DNA from: Diplonema japonicum | Lineage: Eukaryota > Protista > Euglenozoa: Diplonemea | Assembly: GCA_964019335.1 (NCBI GenBank) | Contig: OZ025657.1 | Location: 248,001 to 312,000, forward strand | Length of the DNA stretch: 64,000 nt | Reading direction: 5' to 3' | In this document: piece after piece, positions 52,276-63,180 of the stretch | How positions within the stretch are numbered: the stretch's first letter is position 1 | Layout: every line of letters begins with the position of its first letter | Notes under the pieces: model-generated | The model's input: only the letters and a program-made list of their open reading frames with translations | The model's database searches: none | What the model was told of the DNA's origin: nothing | Position numbers and translations under genes: made by a program

Positions 52276-55146
52276 CTACGGGTCCAATTGCTGAAGGCGG
52301 CATCTTAACAACTCTTGACGCATTCGCACCTGTTTTATACTCTTTTCTCTCCCCCCATTTTTTCTTTTCCAACACACCTCTTTCCTTGCTCTTTTTACAT
52401 CCTTGAGCCTTCTCATGTGGAACTGAATGAAGGCAGCTGCCTCATCGCGCTCAGTGTCCATGACGATGGCACGGTGCCGCAGCATCTTAACAGTTTCCCT
52501 TGCGGCCTTAAGCCTCCATGCCCGTTGTATAGTGCAGGCTTTCTCATAAATGTCGAGCTCAGCGAGATTCAAGAGGATTCCTAAAGCAGGAAGCTCTGCA
52601 GCAGGTGTCTCCCCAAGAATATCCACCAAGTTAGGCCTTAGGTCTATCCGAGGAGATACAACTAAGGGGGATGTCAAGTCTGGGTATTCGATCGTCGGAG
52701 CAGGGGCTAAGACAGAAGATTCCGGAAGCATATCTGTGACGGCAAGCATTCCCTCCAACCAGCTCTCGTTGCACAACGAGCCGCACACGTGTTGCAGGGC
52801 AGTGAGGGAACCCTTCTCTCGTAACACCCCATCTTGCACTTCTCTCGATTCACGGTGATTTTCAGCACCTGAAAACTGCTCCTCGGAGACAGGGACAGAG
52901 GTAAGGACACATTTTGCTTCGCACTTGGTGCCCACTCCGTTCACGTTATCGCTGCCGTCGGACCTGGGAGCGCAGTTAGGGTTTTGGCTGAGTATATCCA
53001 ACATGCTTGCCAGCCACGGCGTCTCTTCACCGCCCAACTCTTGCACTGCGGACAGTGTAGGGAAGCCTTCCGTCGCAGTGGTCGACGACAGGCCACGGGG
53101 AACGACAGTCACAGGGGGCTGGACATCTTGCGCAAGACCTACTTCGATGATGCCTGTCACCCATAGCATCTCGCCGTCACAGTTCAGGTGTGTCAGCGCG
53201 GGGAAAGGTTCTGTCTCAACTTCAAGTTCTGTGTCCTGCCTGGACGGCAACCCTTCGTCAAGTAAGTCAAGCACGCCACTAAGCCATGCCAAGTCGCCAA
53301 TAGCATTAACGAATTTCAAGGCGGGACACAACTCAGTGCTGGGTAGCGGTGTCATGTATGCCACATCATTCAACCACATAGTCTCGTCGTTCCCGACGAA
53401 GGCCAGCGCAGGGTGGGGAGGCTGTTCCCCGTCACTCACGATGAGTGATTCACGAGGGCTTTGCTCTGGAGACACAGAAGCAACCTCTGGGGTTGCGAGA
53501 ACGGGGGGTGCAACGGGGCTTGGGATGACGGGGCGCTTCTCGGGTTTTTGCAGTTTCTGTTCTTCTTCTTCGACCTGCTGCTTCAGGAACTGGATGTAAG
53601 ATCTTATGTTACTGGACTCGAGGTTCTCCCATTCCTCGCCTGGGTCATACGGGTTGTTGATGATCTTCACACCTTCCTCGTCTAGCTGGGTCAGTGCGTC
53701 TGTTTCGAGGAGGCTGATCTCCACAGGAGGGGTGGCTGCCTTCGTAGGGGGCGATGCGGGTCGTATGATGCACCTGAAGTGCGACTTCCCTAAGACAAGC
53801 CTGTCCCCGACCTCGATGCGCTCCGCCCCCATGTCGATACGGAGGCCGTTCTTGCGGATCTGTGCTGTTTTCATAGCGGCCGCGACCCATATTGCCCCTG
53901 CTGCATCGACAGCCAGAAGGCAGTGAACGGGTTTCAAGTCCTTCATACCCTCCCATAGGCCGTGGTCTGTGCTGTTCCCATTGTACGCGTGCATCATCTG
54001 AGCTGACCCGATGGTGGAAACCCCGAGTCGCAGCTCAAACGCTTGGTACAAGTCACGTGTGTTGACCAGTTTCGCCACTATCTCCCCCGGCCGGACCTTT
54101 CCGTCCGCACAAAAGTCTAACTCCGCAAACGGTGTGTGTCGTTTAGGCTTCTTGACCTTCTCCTTCTCCTTCGGCTTCGTTTGGTGCTTCGTCTCGGGCC
54201 CCCCGTGCAAGTCGGGGAGCTTAGGAAGGTGTTCCTTTCGGCTGAAGCTGCTGCGGCGTCCCGCACCCATAGTTTTGGACATGCCTTCCTGTGAGTCGGG
54301 GGGCTTGGGGCGGAGTGTAGGCGGGAAGGTTCCTATGGGGTCGAAAGTATCGGCTTCATAGGACTTGGGCCTGGGGAGGATACCTCGGTGATAGAACGCA
54401 GGTTCTTCATTATGCGTCGAGGGGGGCATAGGGCAGGCCATGTCGTTGTAGGCCATGGTGGAACGCACCTTCTTTGCGATGTCAGAGTCGTCACCCACCT
54501 CAGAGGCGTAGAGCAGGGCTTTTTGAAGGTTCCGGGCTGCTTCACAACGCCGTTCAGGGATGACAGAGCCGCTTTGCGCGAGGGACAGGATGTGGCACGC
54601 ACAGGCGAGGACGTTCAGATCTTTTTGAGAAATGCTGCCAGCGGTTCGTTGTCCTTGAAGCGCGGTGACTGCGTGCTGTGCACTCGAAATGGCGGAGTCG
54701 TACCTACCCATGTCAAGAAGAAGAAGTGCTAGGCTTACATTGGTGGCAGGTCGTGGCTCACCCTCAAGCATGGCCGCTTCTAAGAGGAACATCACCGCAT
54801 CGTCATCGCAGTCGTTAATCTTGGCGAGATAGGCTAGGTTGCTGTAAACCGCTGCACGGTGTTCTTCTCGTTCCTTGTCCTTGCCGTAGAAGTACCCTTC
54901 TTCTTCTCTTGTTATGAACTCGGCTTCGTTTAGCATTCTTCCTGCTAGGTCGGTGTCGGTCTTTTCTTCTAGTAGTTTACCAGCTACGGTGTTGAGTTCT
55001 CTTACATAGTCTTCGGCTGCTGTAGATAAGAAGGTAGTTGTTCCACCATCCTTTCTTGCAAGCAACACCGCTTTCAACTCTTTAACCCGATCAAACTCAG
55101 ATGTTAAACTGTTAGTTCCGGACACGTGCTGTGTCCCATGTTCCAT
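52276..55146 (-). CDS. TPR-like and IQ-motif protein with internal PAL...WL repeats
   Basis: N-terminal TPR-like helices (AVYSNLAYLA, ATNVSLALLLLDMGRYDSA); IQ motifs ACTIQRAWR and AAAFIQFHMR. In-frame 48-nt intron at 52330-52377. Confidence 0.75.
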   Translation of the reverse strand: MEHGTQHVSGTNSLTSEFDRVKELKAVLLARKDGGTTTFLSTAAEDYVRELNTVAGKLLEEKTDTDLAGRMLNEAEFITREEEGYFYGKDKEREEHRAAVYSNLAYLAKINDCDDDAVMFLLEAAMLEGEPRPATNVSLALLLLDMGRYDSAISSAQHAVTALQGQRTAGSISQKDLNVLACACHILSLAQSGSVIPERRCEAARNLQKALLYASEVGDDSDIAKKVRSTMAYNDMACPMPPSTHNEEPAFYHRGILPRPKSYEADTFDPIGTFPPTLRPKPPDSQEGMSKTMGAGRRSSFSRKEHLPKLPDLHGGPETKHQTKPKEKEKVKKPKRHTPFAELDFCADGKVRPGEIVAKLVNTRDLYQAFELRLGVSTIGSAQMMHAYNGNSTDHGLWEGMKDLKPVHCLLAVDAAGAIWVAAAMKTAQIRKNGLRIDMGAERIEVGDRLVLGKSHFRCIIRPASPPTKAATPPVEISLLETDALTQLDEEGVKIINNPYDPGEEWENLESSNIRSYIQFLKQQVEEEEQKLQKPEKRPVIPSPVAPPVLATPEVASVSPEQSPRESLIVSDGEQPPHPALAFVGNDETMWLNDVAYMTPLPSTELCPALKFVNAIGDLAWLSGVLDLLDEGLPSRQDTELEVETEPFPALTHLNCDGEMLWVTGIIEVGLAQDVQPPVTVVPRGLSSTTATEGFPTLSAVQELGGEETPWLASMLDILSQNPNCAPRSDGSDNVNGVGTKCEAKCVLTSVPVSEEQFSGAENHRESREVQDGVLREKGSLTALQHVCGSLCNESWLEGMLAVTDMLPESSVLAPAPTIEYPDLTSPLVVSPRIDLRPNLVDILGETPAAELPALGILLNLAELDIYEKACTIQRAWRLKAARETVKMLRHRAIVMDTERDEAAAFIQFHMRRLKDVKRARKEVCWKRKNGGREKSIKQVRMRQELLRCRLQQLDP

Positions 55147-55682
55147 TTGTGTTTCGTGTGGGCTGCTTTATTATCATTGAATTGTGAAGATGTGGGGGGG
55201 GGGGGGAGAAATAAAACAAAAAGAAATCGGTGGGGATTGTATTTAAAAAAAGGTGGGGGGGGAGAGAAAAAAAATGAGAGTCAGAGAGAGTCCCCTTCTT
55301 TTTTTTTCTTTTTTTAAAAGAAATCCGGTGAGAGAAGATGGGGCACCGCCTCTCCTCTTCGTAGAATTTTTTTTCATATCCCCCCCACTTTTTTCTTTTA
55401 ATCCCCTCCCTTTTTTTTCTTTAAAGAAAGAAACGATGAGAAGAAATAAGTATCCTTTTTTTTCACGAAGTAAAAAATGAGGGAAGGGGAAAAAGAAAAA
55501 ATGAAGGGACAAAGGGACAAGGGATAAAGGAAAAGTGAGAGAGAAAAAAAAAAAAAAAAAAACTGAAGAGGAAAAAAAAAATGAATGAAAAAAAAAAAAA
55601 AAAGAAAACACACTATTTTGAGGATGATCCTCTTCTTTTTCCTTTGCACGGATTGAAAAAAAAAGAAAAAAAAAAAGCTAAT

Positions 55683-57337
55683 TCAGTTTCTTTTCGGCTT
55701 CTTTGACTTCTTCTCTGCCTTTCTCATCTGCTCGTACTCCTGTTTCCACCGTCTTTGGTTAGATTTGCATCGGATTTTCACCTTTTTTTTTTTTTTTTTT
55801 TTCTTTTGAAATAATAATACCTCGCTGATTATTTCGTTGATGGCCTTGTCGCAGCTTTGCTGCTGCTCAATCGCCCTGTTAATCTCCTGGCGGTAGAATT
55901 TCGATATAACCCCGTCCTTGGCCTCATCGGCTTGCTTGCGTAGGGTAGTTAGGGTCGCGAGTCTGGTGGTGTAGATGTTCTTAAGGCCCATCACGGAGTC
56001 CTTCCTCTGCCCCTCCTGCGGCGGCAGCAAATTCAGCATCTTGTTCAGAATGGCGTTCAGGAGGTCTGCAAGGAAGTACATCGCAACAGCACGCTTCTCC
56101 TCTGTCACAGGAGTGTAGTCGCGGTCGTCCTTCACCTTCCCTGACAGCCTTGCCTTGTGCTCTTCAAGCCTCTTGACGTCATCCTCAGACGGCACTGGGA
56201 CCATGGACCTCAGCACACTCATGCTGTCCTTCCTGATGTACATGTTCAAATCGTTCTTCAGCTTCATCTCTGAAGCAGAGGCCTGTAAGAAAAAATCGTT
56301 TTTTTTTTTTTTTTTTTTAAATCTAACATACCAACCTCCCACCCTCAATGACGTCCAGAAGAAGCTGTTGAACTTCAGCACAACTGCTGATTTCCGGATG
56401 GAAATTCTCGGCAATCTCGCTCGAGGCGAGCGGGATCTTGAAAAAAAATATTAAAAAAAAAATAAAATAAAAAACACACCTCCTCCTCCGGTCTGTCGAA
56501 GCACTCCGCGGATTCCAGCTTCTTCAAGAAAGAGACGAGCGCGGGTTTTTCCTTGACCTCGAAATCCCTGACGGGGTTCTGCGGTTGGCCCAGGAGGACG
56601 AAGAACGGTTCCGCCATCTCCGCGTGCTTGGCAACGTCGATCATGACGGGGATGATGTTGAAGCTCTGCTTGTTCTTAAGCGAGAAAAGCATGTAGAGGG
56701 GCGCAGCGAAGAGAAGGATCATCAGGAACGTCATTGAGTACAAAGCGTACTCGGGCTTGGTGAGGAACGAAGGGATGGCAACGCCTGGGCGCTGGTCGCC
56801 ATCCTCGCTCATGATCTCTCTTTCGTCGTCAGGGTTCGACAGAACTTTGACCGCCTTCTTCACACGGTCATACCGAACAGCAGCCTCCATGGTATCATTA
56901 ACGTCAGGGTGGAGGGACATGGAGAGCTGGCGGTAGGCTTTTTTGATAGCACGAGCATCGGAGCCAGGGGGAAGCCCAAGAATCTCATAAGGATCAAATG
57001 TGAGCTTTTGGTAAGCAACAACGGAGAATAAAAAGAATGTGGTGATCCACACTGCCCACCTCCATTTTCCGATGATGTTCTTCGCCAAGGGGAAGATGAA
57101 GGCCTTGGTGTACGCCATGTTGCTCACTAGCATGTCGATCGCCATTTTCAGCCTCTTCGGTTGTTTCACAGCAAGCATGACGCCCCCCTTCCACCAGGTT
57201 AATGTGGACCACACCTCTGCCACGTACGCCCTTTGCCTGATCATGGGCTCTATCAACAGCAAACAACACATAAACGCGAAAAACCCGAACATCAGCATCG
57301 CGAAGGTGTCGTCATTACCCTCGACGAAACGGGTCAT
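55683..57337 (-). CDS. SEC63: SEC63-like ER membrane J-domain protein (4 exons)
   Basis: N-terminal TMs, FDPYEILGL..IKKAYRQLS..HPD J-domain, GVAIPSFL plus third TM. Introns 56437-56479, 56283-56331 and 55782-55820. Confidence 0.75.
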
Positions 57338-57470
57338 TTTTTTTTTTTTTTTTTTTTTTTTTTGTGGTTCTTCTCCCCCCCCTCCTCCTTCCTTTTCTTT
57401 TTTGTCATGCGAGAAAAGATGGAAAAAAAAAAGGGGAGTATAAGTATAAGAAGAAAACACATGAGGGGAT

Positions 57471-57513
<43 letters not shown>

Positions 57514-58541
57514 GAAGAGGGTGGAGGTGGGGGGAGGGCTTTCAAAAAAGAAAAAAAAATAAACAACAAAAAAAAAGTTTTTCGGTTTTTTTTTTTTTTT
57601 TTTTTTCCGTGACGGGAAAAGAACACGGCACTGGGGGAGCGGGGGGGAGGGGGGCACGAAAAGCTTATGAGTAAAGGTTACTCCGACATAGGAAAAAAAA
57701 AAAAGAGAAAAAGGAAAAAGAAAAAGAAAAGCCTGTACGGTCAACGAGGGAACCTGCCCCACAAGCCAGCAATGTTGAGCAAGAAAAAAAAAAAAAAAAA
57801 GAGAGAAAGAAAATGCCGACTTCCTAGACAGCTTCCCAAGGGAAGGGTGACAAATGAACGGGCAGAGGGCGATAACCGGGATAGTTTAAGAGATTGAAGG
57901 GGAAGGTTTTTTCCTTCTTTCTCTCTTTTATTGTTTTTCTTTTTTTTTTTTTCTTTCCTCCTGTTACCCTCTCGTCCCTCTATTTTATTTTTCACCCCTC
58001 CTTCCTCTATCCAGGACAACTTTATGTTTTTCTTCTTTTTTCTTTCTTTCTTTTTCTATTTGCTGTTCCAAGAGTTTAGAAAGCGTTCACACACATGCAA
58101 AAGAAAAAAAAAGGGGGGGGGAAGCAACAATACGGAGGACTAAACAAAGAAGAAAAAGAGAAATTTGATATTTTTCGGTGCACAGGTGTTCAAAGAGAAA
58201 TTCACACTATCTGTCTGGTGCGGTGGGCGCCGATTTCCTGCCAGCCTACCATCTTAGGGCGTAGAGCACCAGGACCTTTCCTGACTCTCCATCCGATTTC
58301 AACAGCTTGCCACTGTATGGCACTACAGCCTATACTGTGCCTACTGTATCCTGGTGCTCCGCTCAGCCGCTCTAAAGAAAAAAAGAGAAGAAAAAAAAAA
58401 AGAGAGAGAAAAAAAACAAAAAAAAAAGAAGAAGCAGGTTCAAGGGAGAGATTCAGAATCTTTTTTTTTTATATTTTCTCTTCTTTTTTTTTTTCTCTCT
58501 CCTTTTTCTTTTTTTTTTTTCTTTTTTCCCCCTTCCCTCCT

Positions 58542-58605
58542 TCACTTTATATTAGCATAGTCACTGATAGAATTCGCCACCATCAGCCGTATATCGGTGT
58601 AGCTG

Positions 58606-58639
<34 letters not shown>

Positions 58640-59913
58640 TTTCCCCCCATTTCTCCCTAAATACCTCTGTACACTGGGCAGCTCATGCTTGACCCGCTGT
58701 CTCCCTACTGATGTTAAATCTGAATGATGTTGTCTATCTACCAAGAATGTCCCAGGACCCCCCGCGACGGCAAAGTTGTCATCAGGACTGTCGTCGGGGT
58801 GCTGCCGAGAGAAACTAATAGACCCGAGACGGTACAAGTGAATGCCACCCTGTAATATGTAATTAATTTACCATTTCACACACACACCAATAAAAACCCA
58901 AGCCATATCACAGCTGTTACGTTCCATATTGTGTCAGCGACGTACTCCCTTTCGCAGTAACCCCAGTATTTTATTTCTTTGTTATGAGCAGGGCCCATGA
59001 GCCTCTGGTCTATCAGGAAGAAATTGTAAAAATCAGCGCATTCTTTGCCAAGCTGCTCGACTCCTAACCCGGCCCTGTTGGGGTACCCCGCGCCCCATAT
59101 GGAGTACACAAGCACGAAGGTGGCCACAGTTGCGAAAAATAGCCATTTTTGGGCACGCTCCGTGTGGTCGTGCTGGTCATAGTCCGTTACAGTACCGGAC
59201 AAGGACGCCGAAACAGAGTGGCTTATGAGTGCTATGACTGCGATGAAAACACCGACAACACCACATGTGAAATACGGGGAAAAAAATGTGAGAAATGAAA
59301 ACACAATAAGCGTCACGGAGCACAGCATAATGGGAAGCTTGCTTGCCTGTGGCGGGCATTGGCACAACCCGTTTGCAAACGCATGATGAAGCGCTGCTAG
59401 AACCGACAACAGAGAAACACAGCACAAAAACACAGGAATCGTAATTATCAATGTTACACTTGCCGGGCTCATGTAAGCATAGGTGGAGCATATTTCATGA
59501 GGGCCTAGGCGGTAGGCCTCGTGATACAATGCTTCAGATGCGGTGCACACCTCGGTGTAGCTGTTGCACACTTCTGGGTAAAGGGGGCCGTTACAGCCCA
59601 ACATCCATTTTCTGAGGCAGACCTTCATGTTGTTCAGCGTTTTGTTCTTGTAACGACCGTCGGATCGCCACAGCCGCCATTCAGTGTCCTGTTGTCGTCG
59701 CCCTCTGCTTGCGATGTCGCCGCAATCTTTTGAGCCGTTGCACGTGTTGCAGAGAAATTTTCCCGATTCTATCCCGCCCTCTGTCACTTCCATCAGACCG
59801 CCAGGCGATGGTGACGGGGGCAACAAACCCAATGCCATGTCCTTTGTGCCTGCTCTTGTATTCGGCAGGATCATTAATATTATTACCATTGATGTGACTC
59901 TTGCTGAAGGCAT
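58542..59913 (-). CDS. Hypothetical multi-pass membrane protein with a Cys-rich ectodomain (3 exons)
   Basis: Signal peptide, Cys-rich loop, ~5 TMs, C..FYNFF...YWGYC motif. Introns 58850-58887 and 58603-58664 extend it to ...DYANIK*. Confidence 0.7.
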
Positions 59914-60054
59914 TTTTTTTTTTTTTTTTTTTTTTTTTATTATTGCATATTTTCTTTTGTTTTTCTTTTTCTTTTTTCCTCTTCTTTTGTATTCTAAATG
60001 CTGGAAAAGATATTATTGTGGGTTTGTAAAAAAAAAAAAAAAGAAGAAGAAGAA

Positions 60055-60423
60055 AAACGTTTTAAAAGTAAAAGTAAAAGAGAGAGGAAGATATAGAAGA
60101 AGAATGACTTTGGTTGCTTATAAGCCGCCTGGCGTACAAGCAACTGCAGGCACAGTCTACTTGATTACAGGGGGCGAATAGAACAAACAGCCCGCTTATT
60201 TTTAAGAAAAGAAAAACGGGGGAAACGTTGTGGGGGAGAAAAACGGGAAAAAAAAAAAGAAGAAGAAGAAGAAGAAGAAGAACAAAAAAGAAATCACTTT
60301 GGAAACGAAGTGGTAAGCAACGGTGGCGTGCCTACCTTGTGATGCTCTTAACCTGCTACCCACCGGAGTGCCTAGCTGATGCTTGCATCTTTCAATCCTT
60401 TTCAGTAATCCTTTCTGTTCTTT
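60055..60423. repeat. Direct repeat copy 1 (~370 bp), containing a decayed LINE 3' end
   Basis: Near-identical to 63612-64000. Segment 60290-60420 resembles 37821-37990. Confidence 0.9.
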
Positions 60424-60479
60424 AAAAAAAAAAAAGAAAAAGTTAGGTTATGCGCGAGTGTTAATTCACCTACAACAGT

Positions 60480-60526
60480 AAAAAAATTCACTGTGATAGG
60501 AATGAAGTGGTTAGCAACGGCTCGCT
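60480..60526 (-). mobile_element. Isolated LINE 3'-terminal remnant
   Basis: aaattcactgtgataggaatgaagtggttagcaacggc matches 37822-37859 with two mismatches; flanked by A-runs. Confidence 0.7.
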
Positions 60527-60695
60527 AAAAAAAGTTCTTTAACTATATGTCTTTGCTGTTCGCACGAGCAAAAAAAAAAAGGTTCTTAAAATTGCAACAC
60601 AATTTGGCGTTAAGTTCTGTCTTGTGTTGTTACTTTGAACTGTTATCGGCAGATTAAAAAGCTGCGAAAGTATTTTGCTCGGTACAAGTTGCCTA

Positions 60696-60816
60696 TACTG
60701 TAAGGTGAAAAAATTCCTGGACGGGCAAACGTCCGGGTCATTTTCGAGTCCGGGGTTTGTTCTCGAAGAATTTCCTTCCGGATATTTGCCCGTCCGACAT
60801 TTTTCACTTTACAGTA
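60696..60816. mobile_element. Tc1/mariner/pogo-like MITE, 117 bp, with TA target duplication
   Basis: TA|CTGTAAGGTGAAAAAATTCCTGGACGGGCAAACGTCCGG ... CCGGATATTTGCCCGTCCGACATTTTTCACTTTACAG|TA forms a ~39-bp imperfect TIR. Confidence 0.7.
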
Positions 60817-61697
60817 GTTACAAAATATATCACATAGCCTGCACGTTATACCGATACCAATCGGGTATTTTAATCGGTTCGGGATAGTGCAAAATTGGCC
60901 TGGGCACGCCGAGGTCCTCTATACCCCCGCAGATGTCGAGATGGGGTCCAGAAACACAAAATATGATTTGGAGACCATGAACATGGGTAACTTAACATCC
61001 GAAGCCCACCCCAATTTTGGCGAATTTTGGGTGCGTTATTTTATGTTATTTTAATCGGTGAAAATTTGGAGAATGAGAAGACGCTGTTTCAAGAGTGCAA
61101 CAGGGAGGGATAGAGACTAAGAGGAAGTTAGAGAGGTACTTGTGGGTGTTTGGAAGGCATGGCTACCCCCAGAAAGTACTTAGAAGAGATTCCCGAGTCA
61201 GTAGGACCCCAGACGATGCATGAGATGCATGAGGAACAGCGCTTTGTTCGCTGCATCGTAAGCAGAGGGTAAAAGCCTGTTCTTACAACACGAGCAGTCC
61301 GTGGTGGCAGGAACGTCTGGAGACAAGGACTCTCTTTAGTGCTGGTGCGGATATTCCAGAGAAAACTAACGAATGCACGAGGATTATTTTCCAGAAAAGT
61401 TAGTTTCCCCCTTTTTTAGGGGACCGATGTTTCCGACCTCCCAGTGGTGGTTCCTGGGTCATTTCTGAAGCCGTACACGTGGGGAAACCTTGACGGGGGT
61501 GGAGGCCCACCCTACGCGTGGCGCCGGTTAGCATCGCCCTCAATGGAGAGTCCCTTATCCCAATAAATAGAACAAGTTATGCTTGCGTAAAAACGTGCAG
61601 GCTATGATATCATTTTTTTTTTTTTTTTCAGAAGATAAATCAACAAAAGTAAAAAAGAGAGGGGAAAAAAAAAGTGCCGTCATTACACCACACAACC

Positions 61698-62729
61698 TCA
61701 CGCCTCATACGCCCTAGTCGCACGATCATGAGCAGTTTCCAAGCTCGTGCCACAAGGAGGGATAATAGCGTAATGGTTAAGGGTAGGGTGCGATGTGAAG
61801 TAATGCCTTTGGATGTGGTCGAGGTTCGTGTTCTTGCGGATCAGCGGGACCTGATACAGATCACGGAGGTAGCCGTACACATTGGGGTACTCTCTGATCA
61901 TCTTCAGCGAGGTCTTGAAGTACACCACATAAACAGGGTCAAACCTGACCAGCGTGACATACAATCGAATATCGCTCATGGACATGGTGTCGCCAAGCAG
62001 GAATCGAGACTTGTCAAGCTTCGCCTCAAGCCATTCCAGAGTGTCGAAGACAGCCTTGTGGCCATCGAGATACGCTTCCTGCGACTGCGCGAACCCCGCT
62101 CTGTACACACCATTGTTGAAGTTGTTGTAAATGCGATCGTCGATTTCTTTGACAAGCTCGTCCTTCCCAGCAGGGTACAGGTCCATGTCCTTGTATGCTG
62201 CAGAGGCGTCCGAGAACTCGTCGAACTCCTTGGCGAACATCTCAATGATTTCCGAGCTTTCATTGTTGACGATGACGTTCTTCTCTGTGTCGAACAGAAC
62301 CGGAACGGAGTACTTCCCAAGTGTGTCGTTGCTGGCTTCGTAGATCTCGCGAATTGTGGATTTTCCGTGAACGTGGTCTACTGTTGAATCGTCAGACGGG
62401 ATGGAGCCGTGCCCCAGAGTGTTCTTTAGGGGTCCTTTGGATTCGTCGTGGAACACCCATCCGCAGTGTTCCTCGTCCTGTCGTGTTCTTTGCCATGTTG
62501 GGTGCACGATGCTTACTGAAACGACGGCTTCTAGGCCCAAGAGGCTTCTCACGGTCAGGCATCTTGCGGCCCATGGGCAGGCGTAGGAGGCGTACAGGTG
62601 GTACCTCCCCTTCGCCGGGGGGAACTCCTCGCTACCCTTCCTCACGAAGTTTCTGAACGCGGAAGCCGTGCGTTTGAAAGCACCGACCTTCATCTCATCG
62701 AGAGCGCTCTGGGCCGCAATCTTGGACAT
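61698..62729 (-). CDS. Glutathionyl-hydroquinone reductase (GST Xi/Omega-like, YqjG/ECM4 family)
   Basis: GRYHLYASYACPWA, YSVPVLFD..VIVNNESSEII, NNGVYRAGFA, LVRFDPVY, YLRDLYQ and HYFTSH motifs; intronless. Confidence 0.92.
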   Translation of the reverse strand: MSKIAAQSALDEMKVGAFKRTASAFRNFVRKGSEEFPPAKGRYHLYASYACPWAARCLTVRSLLGLEAVVSVSIVHPTWQRTRQDEEHCGWVFHDESKGPLKNTLGHGSIPSDDSTVDHVHGKSTIREIYEASNDTLGKYSVPVLFDTEKNVIVNNESSEIIEMFAKEFDEFSDASAAYKDMDLYPAGKDELVKEIDDRIYNNFNNGVYRAGFAQSQEAYLDGHKAVFDTLEWLEAKLDKSRFLLGDTMSMSDIRLYVTLVRFDPVYVVYFKTSLKMIREYPNVYGYLRDLYQVPLIRKNTNLDHIQRHYFTSHPTLNHYAIIPPCGTSLETAHDRATRAYEA

Positions 62730-63180
62730 TTTTTTGTTTTTGTTGTTGTTAAGAGAATAGCTTTTTTTTTATTTTATTTTTTTATTAACTCCAGCAAAAT
62801 TTTCGTGTGTGGGAGGGAAAATCAGAATTCACTTTATTTCACTCCGGCAGAAGGTCAGGACGCAGAGGCAGTAGAAGCAAGTCTCGATCGGGGCTAAGAG
62901 AGCAACTGGAACGAGCAATGGACGAGGCATGAGCACGACCACTCTGAACACCATAAGGAATGTGAACAGAGAAGCAGCAGCGGCAGCAGTCCCGACGGAA
63001 TCAATACCGCAGGACACCTAAAGAAAATTAGGCCTAGGGGCGAAAAAATTCTGATAGCGTTAAAAATAAGAAATATTATTTCACCCCTGGGCCCAATTTA
63101 AGCAAAACCCTCCTAAAATACCTACCAAGGTTCTTTTGGGATAGGCAAGAACCCGACCGCACAAGAGGCGGACGACGCCC

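Noticed and set aside
62829-63017. Hydrophobic 62-aa ORF upstream of the GST
   Set aside because: GTG start, no recognisable family, and it lies among mobile-element debris.
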